Of a stretch of DNA of 64,000 nucleotides, positions 13,696-27,309 are shown piece by piece. Under the pieces are notes generated by a model. It did no database searches and had not been told where the DNA came from. It saw only the letters and a list, made by a program, of their open reading frames with translations. Both the position numbers and the translations under genes were made by a program. Location: the NCBI GenBank assembly GCA_009103225.1, contig RHPI01000733.1:102523-166522 (forward strand), written 5' to 3'. The stretch is from Chlorokybus atmophyticus. Taxonomy: Eukaryota > Plantae > Mesostigma and Chlorokybus algae. The first letter of the stretch is position 1; the number at the start of each line of letters is the position of its first letter.

Positions 13696-16600
13696 TCACG
13701 GCGTGGCCCTTGCCAATATATCCTCCACCAGCTCTTCCGTCAACTTCCCACTCTTCTGAAACCCTCTCATATGCACAATCGGCTCGCACCCTTTGTCCGC
13801 CACACTCCCTCCCTCCCCACCCTCCCCGACACTCCCATACACCTCCGGCACATACCCACTCAACATCCCTTCCCCGGGTGTCCCGATCCTCCCCACCACT
13901 TTGATCAAAGCCTCCAAAGTGTTCATCTTCATGTACGGGCAGGAGGCGCATCCTCCTTCTGACGAACAGCCCTCGCCGCCGGCTGGACCCGGGATGATGG
14001 ATAAGCCCTGGAAGGAGAGTTGTGGGGATGTGGCGGAGGTTGTCGTGATGGAGTCTGAGTTGACGGGGAAGACGATCTCTACTTGGATGGAGGGGGAGGA
14101 AGGGTGAGAGAGCTTGGCTTGCTGGAGGAGAGACTGCGGGGGAGAGAAGAGTAAGAGAGAGAATAATGTAGGGGTGAAGTAACGAGTGTTTACAAGACTA
14201 AAATTGACAGCCAGACACTCTGAACGTGTAACAAAATGCGTATCAAACAACTGTAATGTGAGATGCATGCAGGAAGGACGATGCGTGCGCGCACGCACGC
14301 ATGGACGTGTGTCTATGTATGCATGCATCCCACACAGCACAACATACAACACACCCAACAACTCGATTCATGACATGCAACACGCGCAATTGTGTTATCA
14401 CAAAGGCGTCTCCAAGCACACCAACACACACCAACTCACAATCAACAACTCCCCATCATCCTCACCTGCACTCGTCTCACGATGGCCGTGAGCATCCCCG
14501 ACTCCGTCCCCAGCACGAACGTCAGCTTATCGTCAAAGTCCCTCTCCAGCGCGTCTCTGGTCTTCTCGGTGATGAAGTCGAGGATGTTGCTCGTGCTGCC
14601 CACAACGCCCATACCGCGGGCGCGGGCCTCCATGGCCAGAGAAAACATCCCGCCGGGCACCTGTTGGGTACATAAGTTATTTTATAGTAGCATGTGTGCG
14701 TGTACACACACACGCGCGAGCATATGCACCCACACGACTTTGGTGTGCGCGTATACACACATATGCGCATGCATGCGTGCCTGTGCATGTGTGTACATGA
14801 GCGCGCATGCGTGTGAGCGTATACACGCGTGCGTGCGCGCGTGCGCGCAAGAGAAGCATCCCTCTTACCTCAAAGTGGGCCGCTTGGTACGCATCTCCAT
14901 AGGCGCTTCTCACCCTCTTGACCACCTCCTCACCAAACATGTCATGGACGATACACACGCCCTCCTTGTAGTAATCATATCTCTCCAACAAGGACTTTAG
15001 CGATGTTGCGTCGTGACCCAACAAGTCATATTTCTCCCCCTCAACACCGCTCTCACTCGCCAGGCGCGTGAGGAGGTCCTTGATGTTGGCTCCCATGTAG
15101 GAGTCCGGGCCGTACCACACGTGCAAGTTGGGTATTTGCTTGAAAGCCGTGAGTATGGTTTGCACCACGTTGGAGGAGGTACACGTGATGGTGGGCATGA
15201 TAGAGTGGGCGTGTGCTTTCGTGTCGAGCGCGGTGTTGATATATACAACATGTAGATGCGGGCCAGATACGTTGTCTTTGGCATGCTGTAACCACTCGAT
15301 GTAGTTGTTTGTGCGCGCGGCGTCGGCGAGGGAACACGCAATGACGTCGTTGGACATGCGGTACACCTTGATGTCGGCGTGGCCGGCGCGGTCGAGGATG
15401 GCGCGCACGTTCTCAGCCATGAAGTCCACACCCAGGACGCAGATGGCCTGGCAGCCGCCCTCCTCAACCTGAGAAAGGGTGGACATGCGAGCAAGATGAG
15501 ATGTGTGCGTGTTGTGCAGGTGCGTGTATTTACATGTGACTGGGCTACATACACGCACTATCAACCACTCTATGCAAGTGCACACGCAGCACGCGCGCAT
15601 ATGCAGGCGTGTGCACAGTGATCCATGCCACATATGTCTGCATGAGCATGCGTGCAGACGTGCTTGTGCGCCACATCTGCAAACTTTAGCTTGCTTGTGC
15701 GCGTGTTCATGCAATGCGTGCGGTTCAATTACACGAGGACCAGCAGTTGTGAACGCAGTGTATGCTTTACTACCTGTCACACAACCCACAAACTACACAC
15801 ACAAGTCTCCAGCACACACACACATGCACTACACACATCAGTCCAGCACAAATGCACACACGCACACACACCACCTCAGCATACCATCCTGAGTGCTGAG
15901 TCCGCCATCACCAGCGAGTCCGAGACATGTATATGCGGATACACCTCCCTCGCGGAGGACAGCACGCCCTGCACTTCGGGTCCCATGTAGAAGTGGGCCA
16001 CCACACCCGTGCGCTTGGAGGCGAGGAGGGACGCCAGCTGCTGGACTTGGGCCGGGTCGGGAGAGAGATATCTTGACTGGGAGGAAGTGGTACAGAGTGA
16101 GTAAAGGTAGAACGTGATATGGTTATAAAGGCTTGAATGCAATATGTGTTTGAAGTTAGCATGCACGCACACCCACATACACACAGGTGTTTTATATGAT
16201 ATTTGTGGCCATGCACGTAGCAAAAAGCCCAATTATGCAGCCTATGGGCAATGCACTGTGTGTGCGAGCACACAGACACACACACACGCGAACACAAAAG
16301 CCCAGCTCACCTGTGCTTCCGCGAACTCTCCCACAGGGCTGAGCTTGTCCGCTTCTATAACGAGGCTAGGGAACCTGGTACCCACATCGCCGCCGTCGCG
16401 GATGGCGCGCGCCTGACGGAGGATGGCGTCGGCGAGGGCGCGGGCGCCGCCGGAACGGGGGGAGGGGGAGAGGACCTGGTTGGACAGGAAGGGGGGTTGG
16501 TTGAGATGTGTATGCAAGTATCTGTGTGTACAAACACATATGCACGCATGCATGCGTATACGCTATATTCGCGCGCGCACGTGTGACTGTGAGTATAGAG

Positions 16601-17951
16601 TGCCCGCGAACACGTACCACCCTACACCCAAGCGCACACACACGCACGCATGCACGCACGCACATGTCTGCAAGAGTACTATCAACATGCATGTGTCTAC
16701 ATATGTGTGACTCAATATGGACAGACATACGTACACGCGCGAACATATTACAGTCATCACACAACGGATTACAACTACTGAATTGTCCGCTTGTAGCTAT
16801 GCCAAAAGGGTGTGCATACCTGCGGGGGGAGGGGGCCGAGGAGAGAGAGGAGTTCGGGGGCGGACATGGAGGCCACCTCTACTGGAGTGCGGCCTGTGAA
16901 TGTGGAGCGAATTCATCAACAACCACATCAGATGAGGTCACATTGGTGACTCAACTGGAACGTAGGAGACAATTGGTGTACATGTGATTGTTTGAACCAA
17001 CAGCATCGTACCATACTCAGTGAGTGTGAGTCACGATTGTGTGTGTGATAGCTCACAGTTTGAGCACACGATGGTGTAGTTGTAATCAGTGGCGAACTAT
17101 CTGACAGCGTGTTTTCTTTCATACAAATCAAGACACGACTACAATCACGTTTGAGACAACTCCTGCTCACATCGCTTTGGGTGTGATGCGCACCAAGTCC
17201 ACATAACTTGATAACCAACACGCAACACAGCTTTCCATGCCTACATGATACGCCTGTATCAAAGCAGCAGATATAGCAGATACAAGATCTTGCCAAGTCG
17301 CTGACATAATAAAAGGAAAGTTAACAAGGCGTTCTGGACAACGCCGTGCGCTGCAAGAGGTTCAATCAACCGAAACCAATGCTGTACAGCAGCAAACTGT
17401 GCACACAGAACAATTGCGCAAACTATTGACGCATACAAGCGTGTGCCACGCACAATCAACTCAAAACCCTGTTTACCTTGGCATGCTTTGGAGAGCAGGG
17501 TTCCTACTCCTCGGATGATATCTGAGTCTGAGTCTGCCCTAACATCAATCCCTCCCGTAGCCCGGTCGACCGAGCACCTCACCCACGTCCTTGCGGCGCA
17601 TCCCGCCACGCGCCACGCCTCCGCCCTCTCCTGGTCCGACCAGGCCGGGGTCGACCGTCCCAAGGCCACCACCTCCGCCACAGCCGCGGCAGCGTCCTTG
17701 GGGATCCTTGTACCCTCCTTGACCGTGGCTACAGACACAGTCGCCGCACGCCTGCTGCCGCCCCTCCCCGAGGACGACGCCACCGCCACAGCCGGCACCC
17801 TCTGCTGCGGCGGCGGCTTCTTCTTCCCTCCCACGCTAATCGACTTCTTCCTCTGCTTGGCCTCATCGGCAGCAATCTCGACAGACCTCCCTACCCACGT
17901 CCCCCTCACAGCCCCGCTCAACGCTGCCGTCTCCATCGCCGCCGCCGCCAT
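13696..17951 (-). CDS. QS: Plastid-type quinolinate synthase (SufE domain fused to NadA), multi-exon
   Basis: SufE part: WRVAGCAARTWV...ADSDSDIIRG. NadA part: GVVAHFYMxPEVQGVL, HISDSLVMAD-like HVSDSLVMAD, GVDFMAENVRAILD, CSLADAA, HVVYINTALDTKA, CTSSNVVQTIL, WYGPDSYMGANI, CIVHDMF, AHFE|VPGGMF, GSTSNILDFI, VLGTESGM and GGCASCPYMKMN. TGA at 13696. The true start may be further upstream. Confidence 0.95.
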
Positions 17952-18819
17952 CGCCGCCGTCGCTCCAGCCTGAGCCAAGACTTCAAGTGCATAAGCTGGA
18001 CGCACGGCCAGAACGTGCGTGTGTGCTGGTACCGTACCGACTTGGACTCGACTCGACGCTCAGAGGCAGCCACGTCGCACGCGTCCCCTGCGGCTGCCAC
18101 GTGCGAACTGATCTGGCTCAGCTGGTTCAGTGAGCCAATGTGTGGATGACGCGTTCTGAGGGCTCAGTGTCACCAGGCAAAAAATGATGATGTGAGCGGG
18201 TCATGAAGTGCGTTGTTGTTGCAGCATTGGGTGCCTGTGCTTGTTGTTGGTGATGAAGCGAGTGGGAGGCTGGTGATGGAAGAGGACATGAGGATTTGTT
18301 GCTATCTGACGTATACGCAACCTGCCAGGCCGCAAGGTTATTGTAGGTGCATGCCCAAGTGACGACAAACACTGTGTATATGTAAGCCTGGGTTGCGCAC
18401 ATGGTGCATAAAACACCTTCATACAATGCAACACCTCCAAGCTCAATAAAGACACAGATGTAGATAGATTGTATACAAAAGTAGCGCTTGGATGTGAGCG
18501 TGCGTCAGATGCATGCTGCACGCATACTCAAGGTTTTATTCAATCACAATAATAACCATATGCCAACTGTGCTGAGGCCAACGAGCCAGTTAGGAACATG
18601 CAAGTGCAAAGGCACATGCACATGAGTGCATGCACCTTACAGGGGGATGCATCAGTAGTCAACCACATGTGCGCGCAAGTGCATACGTGTGTATGTGTAA
18701 CTACGTGCGAGTACACGCAGGCACACACGCGCGCACCTCTTCATGTATGAGTTCACGTTTGTGCTTGCCTTCAAACACCTGCAGATACATAACTGACCTA
18801 ACACACAAACACGCGCATC

Positions 18820-20040
18820 ATTCCAGTTGTCCTCCATAACCACATGCCCTGGCACCAGGTCCATACCGTATGGTGGCCGACACCCTCCCAGCACCGACAC
18901 CTACATCACCATCACCAATTTCAACGCTCAACGACAGTCTTCGCCGCATGTGCCAATGGTGACCTCGTCCTCCGGCGCAGAGGACGCAACACAACTTCAT
19001 AAGAGCATGAGGAGGCGCTCGTGGCGAATGTTGTGTCAACAGGCACTCGATGGCCACACAACTGCGCGCTGTCGGGCTGTGAGCAAGGGACAAGTGGATG
19101 TGTGAACGTGTGTGCATGGGTGTAGGTAGGTGTGGGTGGATGCGGGTGGGTGGCTGGTTTGGTAAGCGGGTGTGTGTGCGCAAAGTTGTGATGCACAACA
19201 AGGTGTGGACGGGGCCACTGTTGGTGGCGGACTGGGTGTTGAGTAACAAGCACATGTGCTGCGCTGTCATGGTCAGAACGATTTTACTTGGGGCTGGACC
19301 AGGCTGGAGGTTTTCTTGTTGTGTCGATTGTTGACAATGTTGCGTCGTTGCAGTGTGCGTGCTTGCATCGTCATGTTATGCAGTTGCAGGTGCTGCACCA
19401 TGATGACACACCACACACGCACACTTGCCTCGTCCTGTATGGCATGATTGATTGGGATTGTGCCGGCGCGCATGGCGTCGCAAGTGATTGTCATTGGTAA
19501 GCGGGTAGGTTGTGAACGCACGTATGCACCCGTATGCACGCACGCACACATGCGCGCACGCAGCGTCTCAGATGCATACGGCAACGTGAAAGATTGCCTC
19601 GCCAACAATCTATAACATATTTGTCCGCGTGCGCAAACTGTGTTGACTAAGCCTCTCCCCACACCAGGCACGTTGGCTGATGCAAATGGCTGATCTCTCC
19701 TTCTCTCTCTTCTCTTGGCATAAACCACACAGTGCTTTCCCTCCCAATCAGGTGATGAGTTCAGCTGAAGTCAAGGCAATGCTGAGAGGCAGCATTAGTA
19801 CCGGCGGCCGACGGAATACATGATGACAAGTGTGGCCTGTGGCATTTGATTTGCATGTGTGCATTGGTGGGCCTTCAGCTAAGCACTCTCCACTACATAT
19901 GTACAGATGTGCAGCATCTACTAGACGTACTCGTACTACAGTGCACGCTGATCAACATGACGGTCACACTATCCACACACTCGTCGCTGACTGTGATGGT
20001 CACAGTCATACGCAGTCAGTCAATCAGTTTGCACACGCAC
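18820..20040 (+). pseudogene. Degenerate METTL22-like (Methyltransf_16) protein methyltransferase remnant
   Basis: ANGDLVLRRR (~18955) resembles DEDGDLxVxRR. VWTGPLLVADWVL...ILLGAGPG (19203-19305) resembles VWRGALLLADY...LELGAGTG. CTDVQHLL (~19900) resembles motif CTDV. Segments are not joinable in one open frame. Recognised by eye only. Confidence 0.35.
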
Positions 20041-20760
20041 TCACCCACAGACTACACACGCACACGCACGCACGTGCTCTACCATCGCTCACCTAGCGGA
20101 CATCCGCCGCATCACCGCCGCCCCGTGCGCGCGCCTGCATCCAGTGTCGCCGGGCTGGCAGGTCTCCAGCGCGCAACAACAACAACAACAATGCTCGCGC
20201 CGTCGCCAGTACAGTGTACACATGTTTGCCTCGCAGTCGGGGACGCGGGAGGCACATGTACAAGCCCATTGTGGAGGTCATGTCTACTAGACACAGTGCA
20301 GTGCGTACCGCAGTCAGATGTCGTTCTCCGTTGCTAGCAATAGCAATGCACTGTACGCGCACACCGTGTGTCACACACGCGTGCTCTGTTCGGGACTGTA
20401 GATGTAATAGCATGGGAGAGGTGTCTACAGACAGAGCTCAATTGCAAGTTGGGTCTGGGCATGCAGTAACAGGAATGTGCTACCAAAGGGCACATGACCA
20501 ACCCTAGTACCACTGCCAACTCAGCGGTTTTGGCAGGAACATGCGATGCAAGGATGCGGTCAATCTATGAGCTCGATGGATAATATGGACAGAGGTGCGG
20601 TCTACTGTTACTTGCAGAGCTTGCCAGCCAGCCATGCGTCATCGCTGTCGTCAAGCTGCGCGTCCCTGTAACACATGTTGGTAATTCGCCCGCAACCAAA
20701 GAGCTTGCACACCTGCAGCAGCGCATGAGACGTGAGACGTGCATACATGTGTGCGCCGGT

Positions 20761-20799
20761 GCAGCTGGTCGGACTCTGCGCTCTCGCTCGCTCTCTCTC

Positions 20800-20834
<35 letters not shown>

Positions 20835-20859
20835 CGAGAGCGCAGAGTCCCACCAGTTG
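20761..20859. repeat. Near-perfect ~100-bp palindrome with a (CT)n-(AT)5-(AG)n core
   Basis: GGACTCTGCGCTCTCGCTC (20771-20789) is the reverse complement of GAGCGAGAGCGCAGAGTCC (20832-20850). Outer arms CAGCTGGTC / CACCAGTTG pair imperfectly. Confidence 0.85.
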
Positions 20860-21379
20860 ACTGGTTGGATTACAAACTTCCCCCCCTGTAGATATCTATG
20901 ATACCAACATTTGTGTTGATAAAGTCATGATTTGCGTCTATAACCACATCCAAGGGATAGGGCATGTATATAATATCCACAAACATGTTGATAATGTAGT
21001 TTTTATTATGGGCGTGTGACCGAATACAGCTCGATGTTGGACCCCATGACCCATGTAAAAATTGACATGATAGATATACATCCGGGTTGCTAGGATTACA
21101 TTGATTTTATCAATAAGATCATGAGTATTTTATCGATGCCTCTCACACCACGAGACAGGCAGCCCGCATTCACATCTACCTTATAGACTTACGAATAGGC
21201 TGCCGATATTAACATTGTCCACAACTCTATGGAACTAACATCTTACGACCTCATCACCATCAGAGCAGTCAATTCTTGTGATATACGTTGCAGCTAAACA
21301 TGTGGCTGTCAATAACATCAACTCACATGCTGTTGTGCTTGCTATATATGGAGACTCTAGCCACCCTACTTTGTTTCCT

Positions 21380-22770
21380 CGCACTTGTGCCATGTTCACT
21401 ACTGTTTGCCTCTTCCCCTAGAAATACCAAACACGTTGATGCCTTACAAGCACACACTGCTGATGATTTCGCTGCGCGGCGTGCAGTGCAGAGTGCTGCG
21501 CTTAGGCATGCCCAGGGCAAGCAAGGTAGTTAACATACTGTTGTGTTCATTGTAAAGAGCTGGTTGGTTCATTGCATAGGCAAGGTTACACTCTGTACAG
21601 CCTGTTCTCAAGCACGTAGCACAACGTTTGAGCAGCGCGCTTGTGCTTGCACTGGCCGGATGCGATGCCCCCCGCAGACAGCAAGTTATAATCAGCTCCT
21701 TGCAGTGTGCAACCAGTGACAAGTGCCGCACTCGCATGCGCGGCTTCCTGCTGGCATTCACCAACCACCGGCTTCCTCAACGCAGGATGGAAGGAAGCGT
21801 TCGGCACCTGTCATACTTTACTACTTACAACAGCAAATGTGTTAGCTTGGTAGGGTGCCGTGCACTGCAGATGGCGTGTCAAGTATGCAAGCATGCAGGT
21901 TAAATCGATTGCAGTCAGTCCACATGGACACATCTTTTGCTGCTCTAATATTGTTCGGTAATCGTGGTAACATGCATGCGCAAACCTCTCTTTGGACTTG
22001 TCATAGCCATAGCGGTTGATGAATTCGCACGAGTGTTGGACCCAATTCAGCAACCTGCACAATGAAGTTCCAGCAATCATGGCCTGGCGTTAACAGTGTA
22101 TACGTCTAGCCAAACCTCTATTACTACTTGCCACTGCAGAGCCGACAGCCGCTTGCTAAAGGACTTACCTGCCGAAACCTCCATCGCACAGCGCCGGTGT
22201 GCAACCAAGGGAACCCCACAGAACATCAGCCACCACCAGCAAAGCTCCGACAGCTTTAAGCTGAATCGCACGCACAACTGAACACTACCGACCAGGCACC
22301 ACAGCCCCTAAGCCTACGCCTGAGCCTGAGCTAATGTCAAGCTGCCATGCATGCATGCATGCATGCAAGTAAGCAAGCCACCTGCTTGTTGCAACCAGTG
22401 CAGGCTTGCGCACTGCGGAGCAATGAAGTCGCGCGCAGTCGGGTATTATATATACACGATCTCCCCGCGCAAACAGCTTGATTGCTGCAAGCCAATTAGG
22501 GTTTCGCACGGGTGTTGCAAGCGGGCGGCGCAACTGCGCAGACAGCGGCAGCGAAAGGAGCTGGACTTTACAAGGCAAGCATTGTCCTTGCATGGTGAGG
22601 TGTAGTAGACGTTCCACATCAGCTACTAAGAGGCGGAGTTTAGCTCTTGCCCAGCACGTTTGCTTGAAGTGCTTGATATAAGAGAACATGCACTGTCCGT
22701 TTGGACAGTGCATGTTCTCTCTGTATTCGCGAAGCGTTACACCCAATATAGCAGGGTGGTATTGCATGCT
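21380..22770 (-). mobile_element. Possible decayed KDZ/Zisupton-like (CxC) DNA transposase fragment
   Basis: MIAGTSL...FAHACYHDYRTILEQQKMCPCG (21920-22080) and VCL*GINVFG (~21420-21460) loosely resemble KDZ/HMGXB3-type motifs (F..A...Y..IL...CPxCG; VCxHG). Broken frames. Confidence 0.25.
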
Positions 22771-22974
22771 CTGGTTGGAAAGGTGGTTTCAACTTGATGT
22801 GATGTGCAAGCAGGCCGTTCTGCATGCTGCATTTGCTTAACAAGTGAAAGGTTGCATGTACACGTAAGAACAAGGTAGCTTGTGTGTCGTCGGCAGAGTT
22901 GTTAAGCTCTGCCGACAACACACAATCATGAGCTACACCTTTTAAGAGTATAGCAAGCAAAACAAACGGGAGAT

Positions 22975-23930
22975 CTCGATCCAGTGGACGTGAGCGAGGA
23001 GGAGGAGGAGTTTCAGGGATTATACCAACTTGATCCCTTTTATGCCGTCTGCACGAAGTAGCTTACTGGTTGCCACCATTTCTTCAGGAGTAAAGTGAAC
23101 ATAAGCTCAACCGTGCTGCATATCTATATTCCTGCACTCACTCCCTACATGGTGCATGCCAATTCTGCTGCACAAATGCACATCACAACCGGCGTGCATG
23201 CTGCCACACGCAGCGCAAAGGTGTGTACATGTTTGATTGGTTGATAATGGGGTATATGCGCACTGATGGCAGGTTGATAAAATCCCCCTGTCGAGACCCA
23301 AACGCAGCGTGATTCAGCAACGGCGGTGAGTTACCGCTCATGATGACGTGCATGTTGTTATTGCTGCTGCGTAGCCTAAGCAGCAGCAGCAGCAGCAGCA
23401 ACAACAACAACAACAGCAACAACAACAACAACAGGAGCACATTACAACGATGATCATCACAGATACTATCTGTGATGATCATCGCGAGTCGCTGTTGTGA
23501 CACAGCAACAGCGACAGCCACAGCCACAGCCACATGTCATCAGCGCTGACGGCGGACGTAGTGGCACACTACTACCCGCGTGATGTGGAGCTGCACAACT
23601 ACTCGCCAACGCTATCGCCCAGAAGCGAGGCAAGTGGAACGTGCTCAACCATACGCAATCAAAAAATGAGTTGTCATGATCACGCATCAATAAATGTTCT
23701 GTCTTTCTGGTGCAGTGACAGACACTAATACATGTGCACGCACCCACGCAGAGACACATGCGCACGGGCACTGGCGCGAGCACGCACGCGCGCACGCGCA
23801 CATACTGACATAATCCCATTTCGCAGTGCAGCCATTTAAGCGGAAAGGTTTCGTAGTCTCGCGCGAGAACTGCGCGGCGGCTGCGTGCCGGGTGTGATCG
23901 AGTAGGTTGTTAAGTTCGCCAAGAGTAGGG
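22975..23930 (+). pseudogene. SPEF1-like (flagellar CH_2/CAMSAP-type calponin-homology) pseudogene
   Basis: Four exon-like pieces in the correct order: DVSEEEEEFQGLYQ; VDKIPLSRPKR...(DF)SNG; VVAHYYPRDVELHNYSPTLS...QKRGKWNVLN; FKRKGFVVS...CVPGVIE*VVKFAK. These match SPEF1 LYxWVDxIPLSRPKRN..RDFSDG, HYFPKxVExHNY and CxPGxIE. Frameshifts near 23310, 23620 and 23875; TAG at 23903. Confidence 0.65.
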
Positions 23931-25802
23931 TGCGTGTGAGGGGACAAGCAAGCATCATGTGGTTCATTCATTGGGTTGGGTCGCATTGGATAGGTTGTGC
24001 GGTTCTGTGTGCGCATGTGTTTCTACACAATTCTGTTGCGTGTCCCACAGTGTTCAGTGTACTTGCCTCAAGACACGTACTCGCTTAGACACACGCGTGC
24101 AAGTGCGTGCACGCTTTCGCATGTCTCGACATGTGAGTGCTCTACATGTTGTGTCACGGACACACAATTGTTGGTGCATCGACAGTTGCTGGAAATTAGT
24201 TTACTCCTTGCTTAGCAGCCCCATTCGTTCGCCATGTCAGTTACGAGTTGGTTGGATCACACACTCCCGCCTTATGTCTGCACCCACGCACTCATACGCT
24301 CGCTCGCGCACTCACTCGCTTCAAGACCCAATAGGAAGGAGTGGGTGAGCATTAGAACCAGCAAATGAGTAAGTGATTGTGCGTAAATGTGGGTGAGTGG
24401 CCGCTTAATGGTTAATTGATATAGTGAACGAGTTAGGAGAGTAAGGGAGTGGGCAAGGCGGTGAGTGGGAGAGTCAGCGCAGCTCACTCGGGGCTGCACA
24501 ACGTCACTACTGGTACGCCCTCTCGCTTGGTCACTCACCGCTAGTGACTTGTAAGGACCAAGTGCATGAGCCACTCATACAAATCTGCACGCAGATTGCA
24601 AGCGCGGCACTGCCGCAAACCAATCTCCGACTCTCCACCTTCAGGTCAGGTGGGTCGTCACTGTAAGTTTCTTTGGTTGTCTATAACACAATGTAAGTAC
24701 TTGTGCCTGCCAGGCACGTACGGTACGTGTACGTGTGCAATTGGGCTTCAAGTGGGGAGCGCGCAGACGTGTGCACTCACGTGCTCCTCACATTAACAAC
24801 AACCACCACAACAGCAGCAGCAAGGGTAGGAGGGTGAGGAAGGCGTTGGGTTTAAGCGTCAGCAACAGTGTAACAAATGCTGCTTCGTTATACTAACATG
24901 GGACTATGCGGACGCGCCCGTGGGAGTGATGTTGGCGCCCATGGTAACTGCGCAGTCAGCGAGTTCACCATGGTCAGGACATCTGAGGAGCTGTCATGCA
25001 TATCGCCCAAGCATGCCAGTCGTCATCGGGCATGCCTACAGCGAGACCCTCGCCCGGCTTACCAGCATGGCAACCCGCGCGCATCTCTGACCAGTAGCTA
25101 GGTCATGTCTCTAGAGTAGCTCATGACCATAGCCTACATAGGCACCGCGCGTAGCTGTTCAGTTGTGAGTTCAGTTATAGGTCGGGTTCTATATCGAGTG
25201 GGGATTTCCTGTGGAAATAGCTTCAATATGACCGTTAGCTTAACTTCTGGACAGTCATGAGTTGACTTGTATAAGTAAGCACAGTGTTCACCGGATCAGC
25301 TGGTGACACTGTAAGTGAAAAAGCTAAGAGCTTGTGAAGCGACTTAAACTACGAAACACACCGTCTCGGTTCCCAAGAATCCCCTCACCGTGTGAGAGCT
25401 TGTGCATGTTCTTGTGCACTATGCTTGTCCTTGCTGTGAGCTTTGTGTACTTGGTCGCGGTGTGCTTGTTGGCATCAGTCAGGGCATAGCATCCACGTGT
25501 TGCTTGCTCATTCACCTCACTTAACAGTGTAATTTCTCTTCCACTCACGCAAAGAACTGTGTAAACAGCACTACCTATAGTAGTGGCTTGTTGACTTACA
25601 GTGTCACCCTCTTTGCTCAAGTGAGTGTAGTTGCAGGCTGTACATCAGCATCGCAATCTGTAGTTGTACACATCACAGTGCAGTGTTGTCACCGTCATCG
25701 CATAGCGCGCACAATCGCTAGTGTGTTGCGTGATAGCAGCACTGTAGATCCCATTGTAGAGCACAAACACTCTTCATCCATTTTCACCATCGCATCAGCT
25801 TT

Positions 25803-27271
25803 ATGAGCAGGCCCACCCCTTTCTCGCCAATAGAGGAAGGGGACCTCAACAGCTGGAGCCCAACCTCCAACCTTACCTACGAGCGCGCAAGTGAAGGGAG
25901 CGATTACCGTAGCAGCAGAGGCTCACGCCCCGTCTCCGGCTTCACCTCCTCTCACTCCACTCCTCAACAACGAGCATCTCCACCGTTGGACAGTGACGAC
26001 GAAGAGATGGAGCCTTCCAGTTCAACCAACTCCCTACGCTTCTCCGGACGCCCTGGCACCACCTCACTTGACGAGTTCATCATTAAGTTCCACTCCAAGA
26101 TGCGGCAGCAAGCCCTCAAGAGCAAGGACTGGACAGATGAGGTATCGTTTCATGTGTCCGCTCAATACCTTGATCACGAAGCACATGATGTGTGGAAGTC
26201 CGTCGCTGAGTTGCACAAGATTGATGGCTATGGCGAGTTGGCCAGCACAATAGCCGCCACGTCACTGCATAACCCATCGGTTACTGTTCCTGTAGCAGCG
26301 GCCCCGTCCGCCTCAGTCACGGGTCTCACTCTAGCTGCAGCCATGGAGAAGGCAGAGAAAGAAGAAGTTGAGGTGGTAGTGGCCTCATTGACTCATGCAG
26401 AGATCGAAAGCAAAAAGGCCGAGCGCCGGATCAGGATACTCAACCGCACCGCTGCCATCATCAGGGAGCAACAAGAGGAGCAGCAAGCTGCAGCGTTGGA
26501 GATGGGTACGCCCCTGCTACCAACACCGAACTCGCGTGCTCCAGCGGGAGGCAGTGTTTTCACCCTCGGTTCAGTGGCATTGCGTGCACCCGCGCTTACG
26601 GTGGGCGCGGCCATGTCGGACTCCCCGTTGAAGGACCTCTACGCCGCACTCCGGCGCACCTTCCCACCTCAAACCAACAGCAAGGTGGAGGAGTTGAGGC
26701 GTTTTCGACGGAAGCCCCACGAGGACCCTCTCCGACTGTATTCACGGTGGAAGGGTTGCTTAAAGACACTGACTACAAGATTGTCAGTGAGGAGGCGGCA
26801 GCAGTGGTGTATGTGGCCGAGTTGGATCCCACCCTGAGTGAGTCAACGCGCCTGACGCTGAACTACAGCAGGCCCCTCGGCTACACCCTCAAGAAAGCTT
26901 TCAAGACTACACAAGCCATCCATAAGCGCGCAGTGTATGAGAAAGCGGTGCTGGACACCAACCGCAGTGCCTCGCGGCCTATGGCAGGCACAAGTGCAGA
27001 GCCTCTTCGGCGGGACCGCAGCCGAGAGCCGCAAGGCATCCACAACAAGGATAAACGGTCCGCTCATGCTGCCCTTGTGGCTCCAGTGCTGTGCCACCGG
27101 TGTGGTTGACATGGCCACTACCAAAAGGAGTGCACCGAAGATTACGGCAACCTTGTGTGCGACTACTGCCACAAGATGGGACACTTGGAGACAGTATGCT
27201 GGCTCAAGTTCCCTGAGCTGCGGCCCTCTATTGGCTACAACAACGGCAACAACGCTGTTGGCTACCGCGGT

Positions 27272-27309
<38 letters not shown>

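Noticed and set aside
15975-15995. QS motif HFYMGPEV instead of the usual plant HFYMDPEV as a sign of inactivation
   Set aside because: This position varies in NadA proteins, and the rest of the gene, including the Fe-S cysteines, looks intact.
24925-24945. TGGCGCCC as a tRNA-Lys primer-binding site for the Gypsy element
   Set aside because: Only 8 nt match, not preceded by an LTR-ending CA, and no LTR was found upstream.
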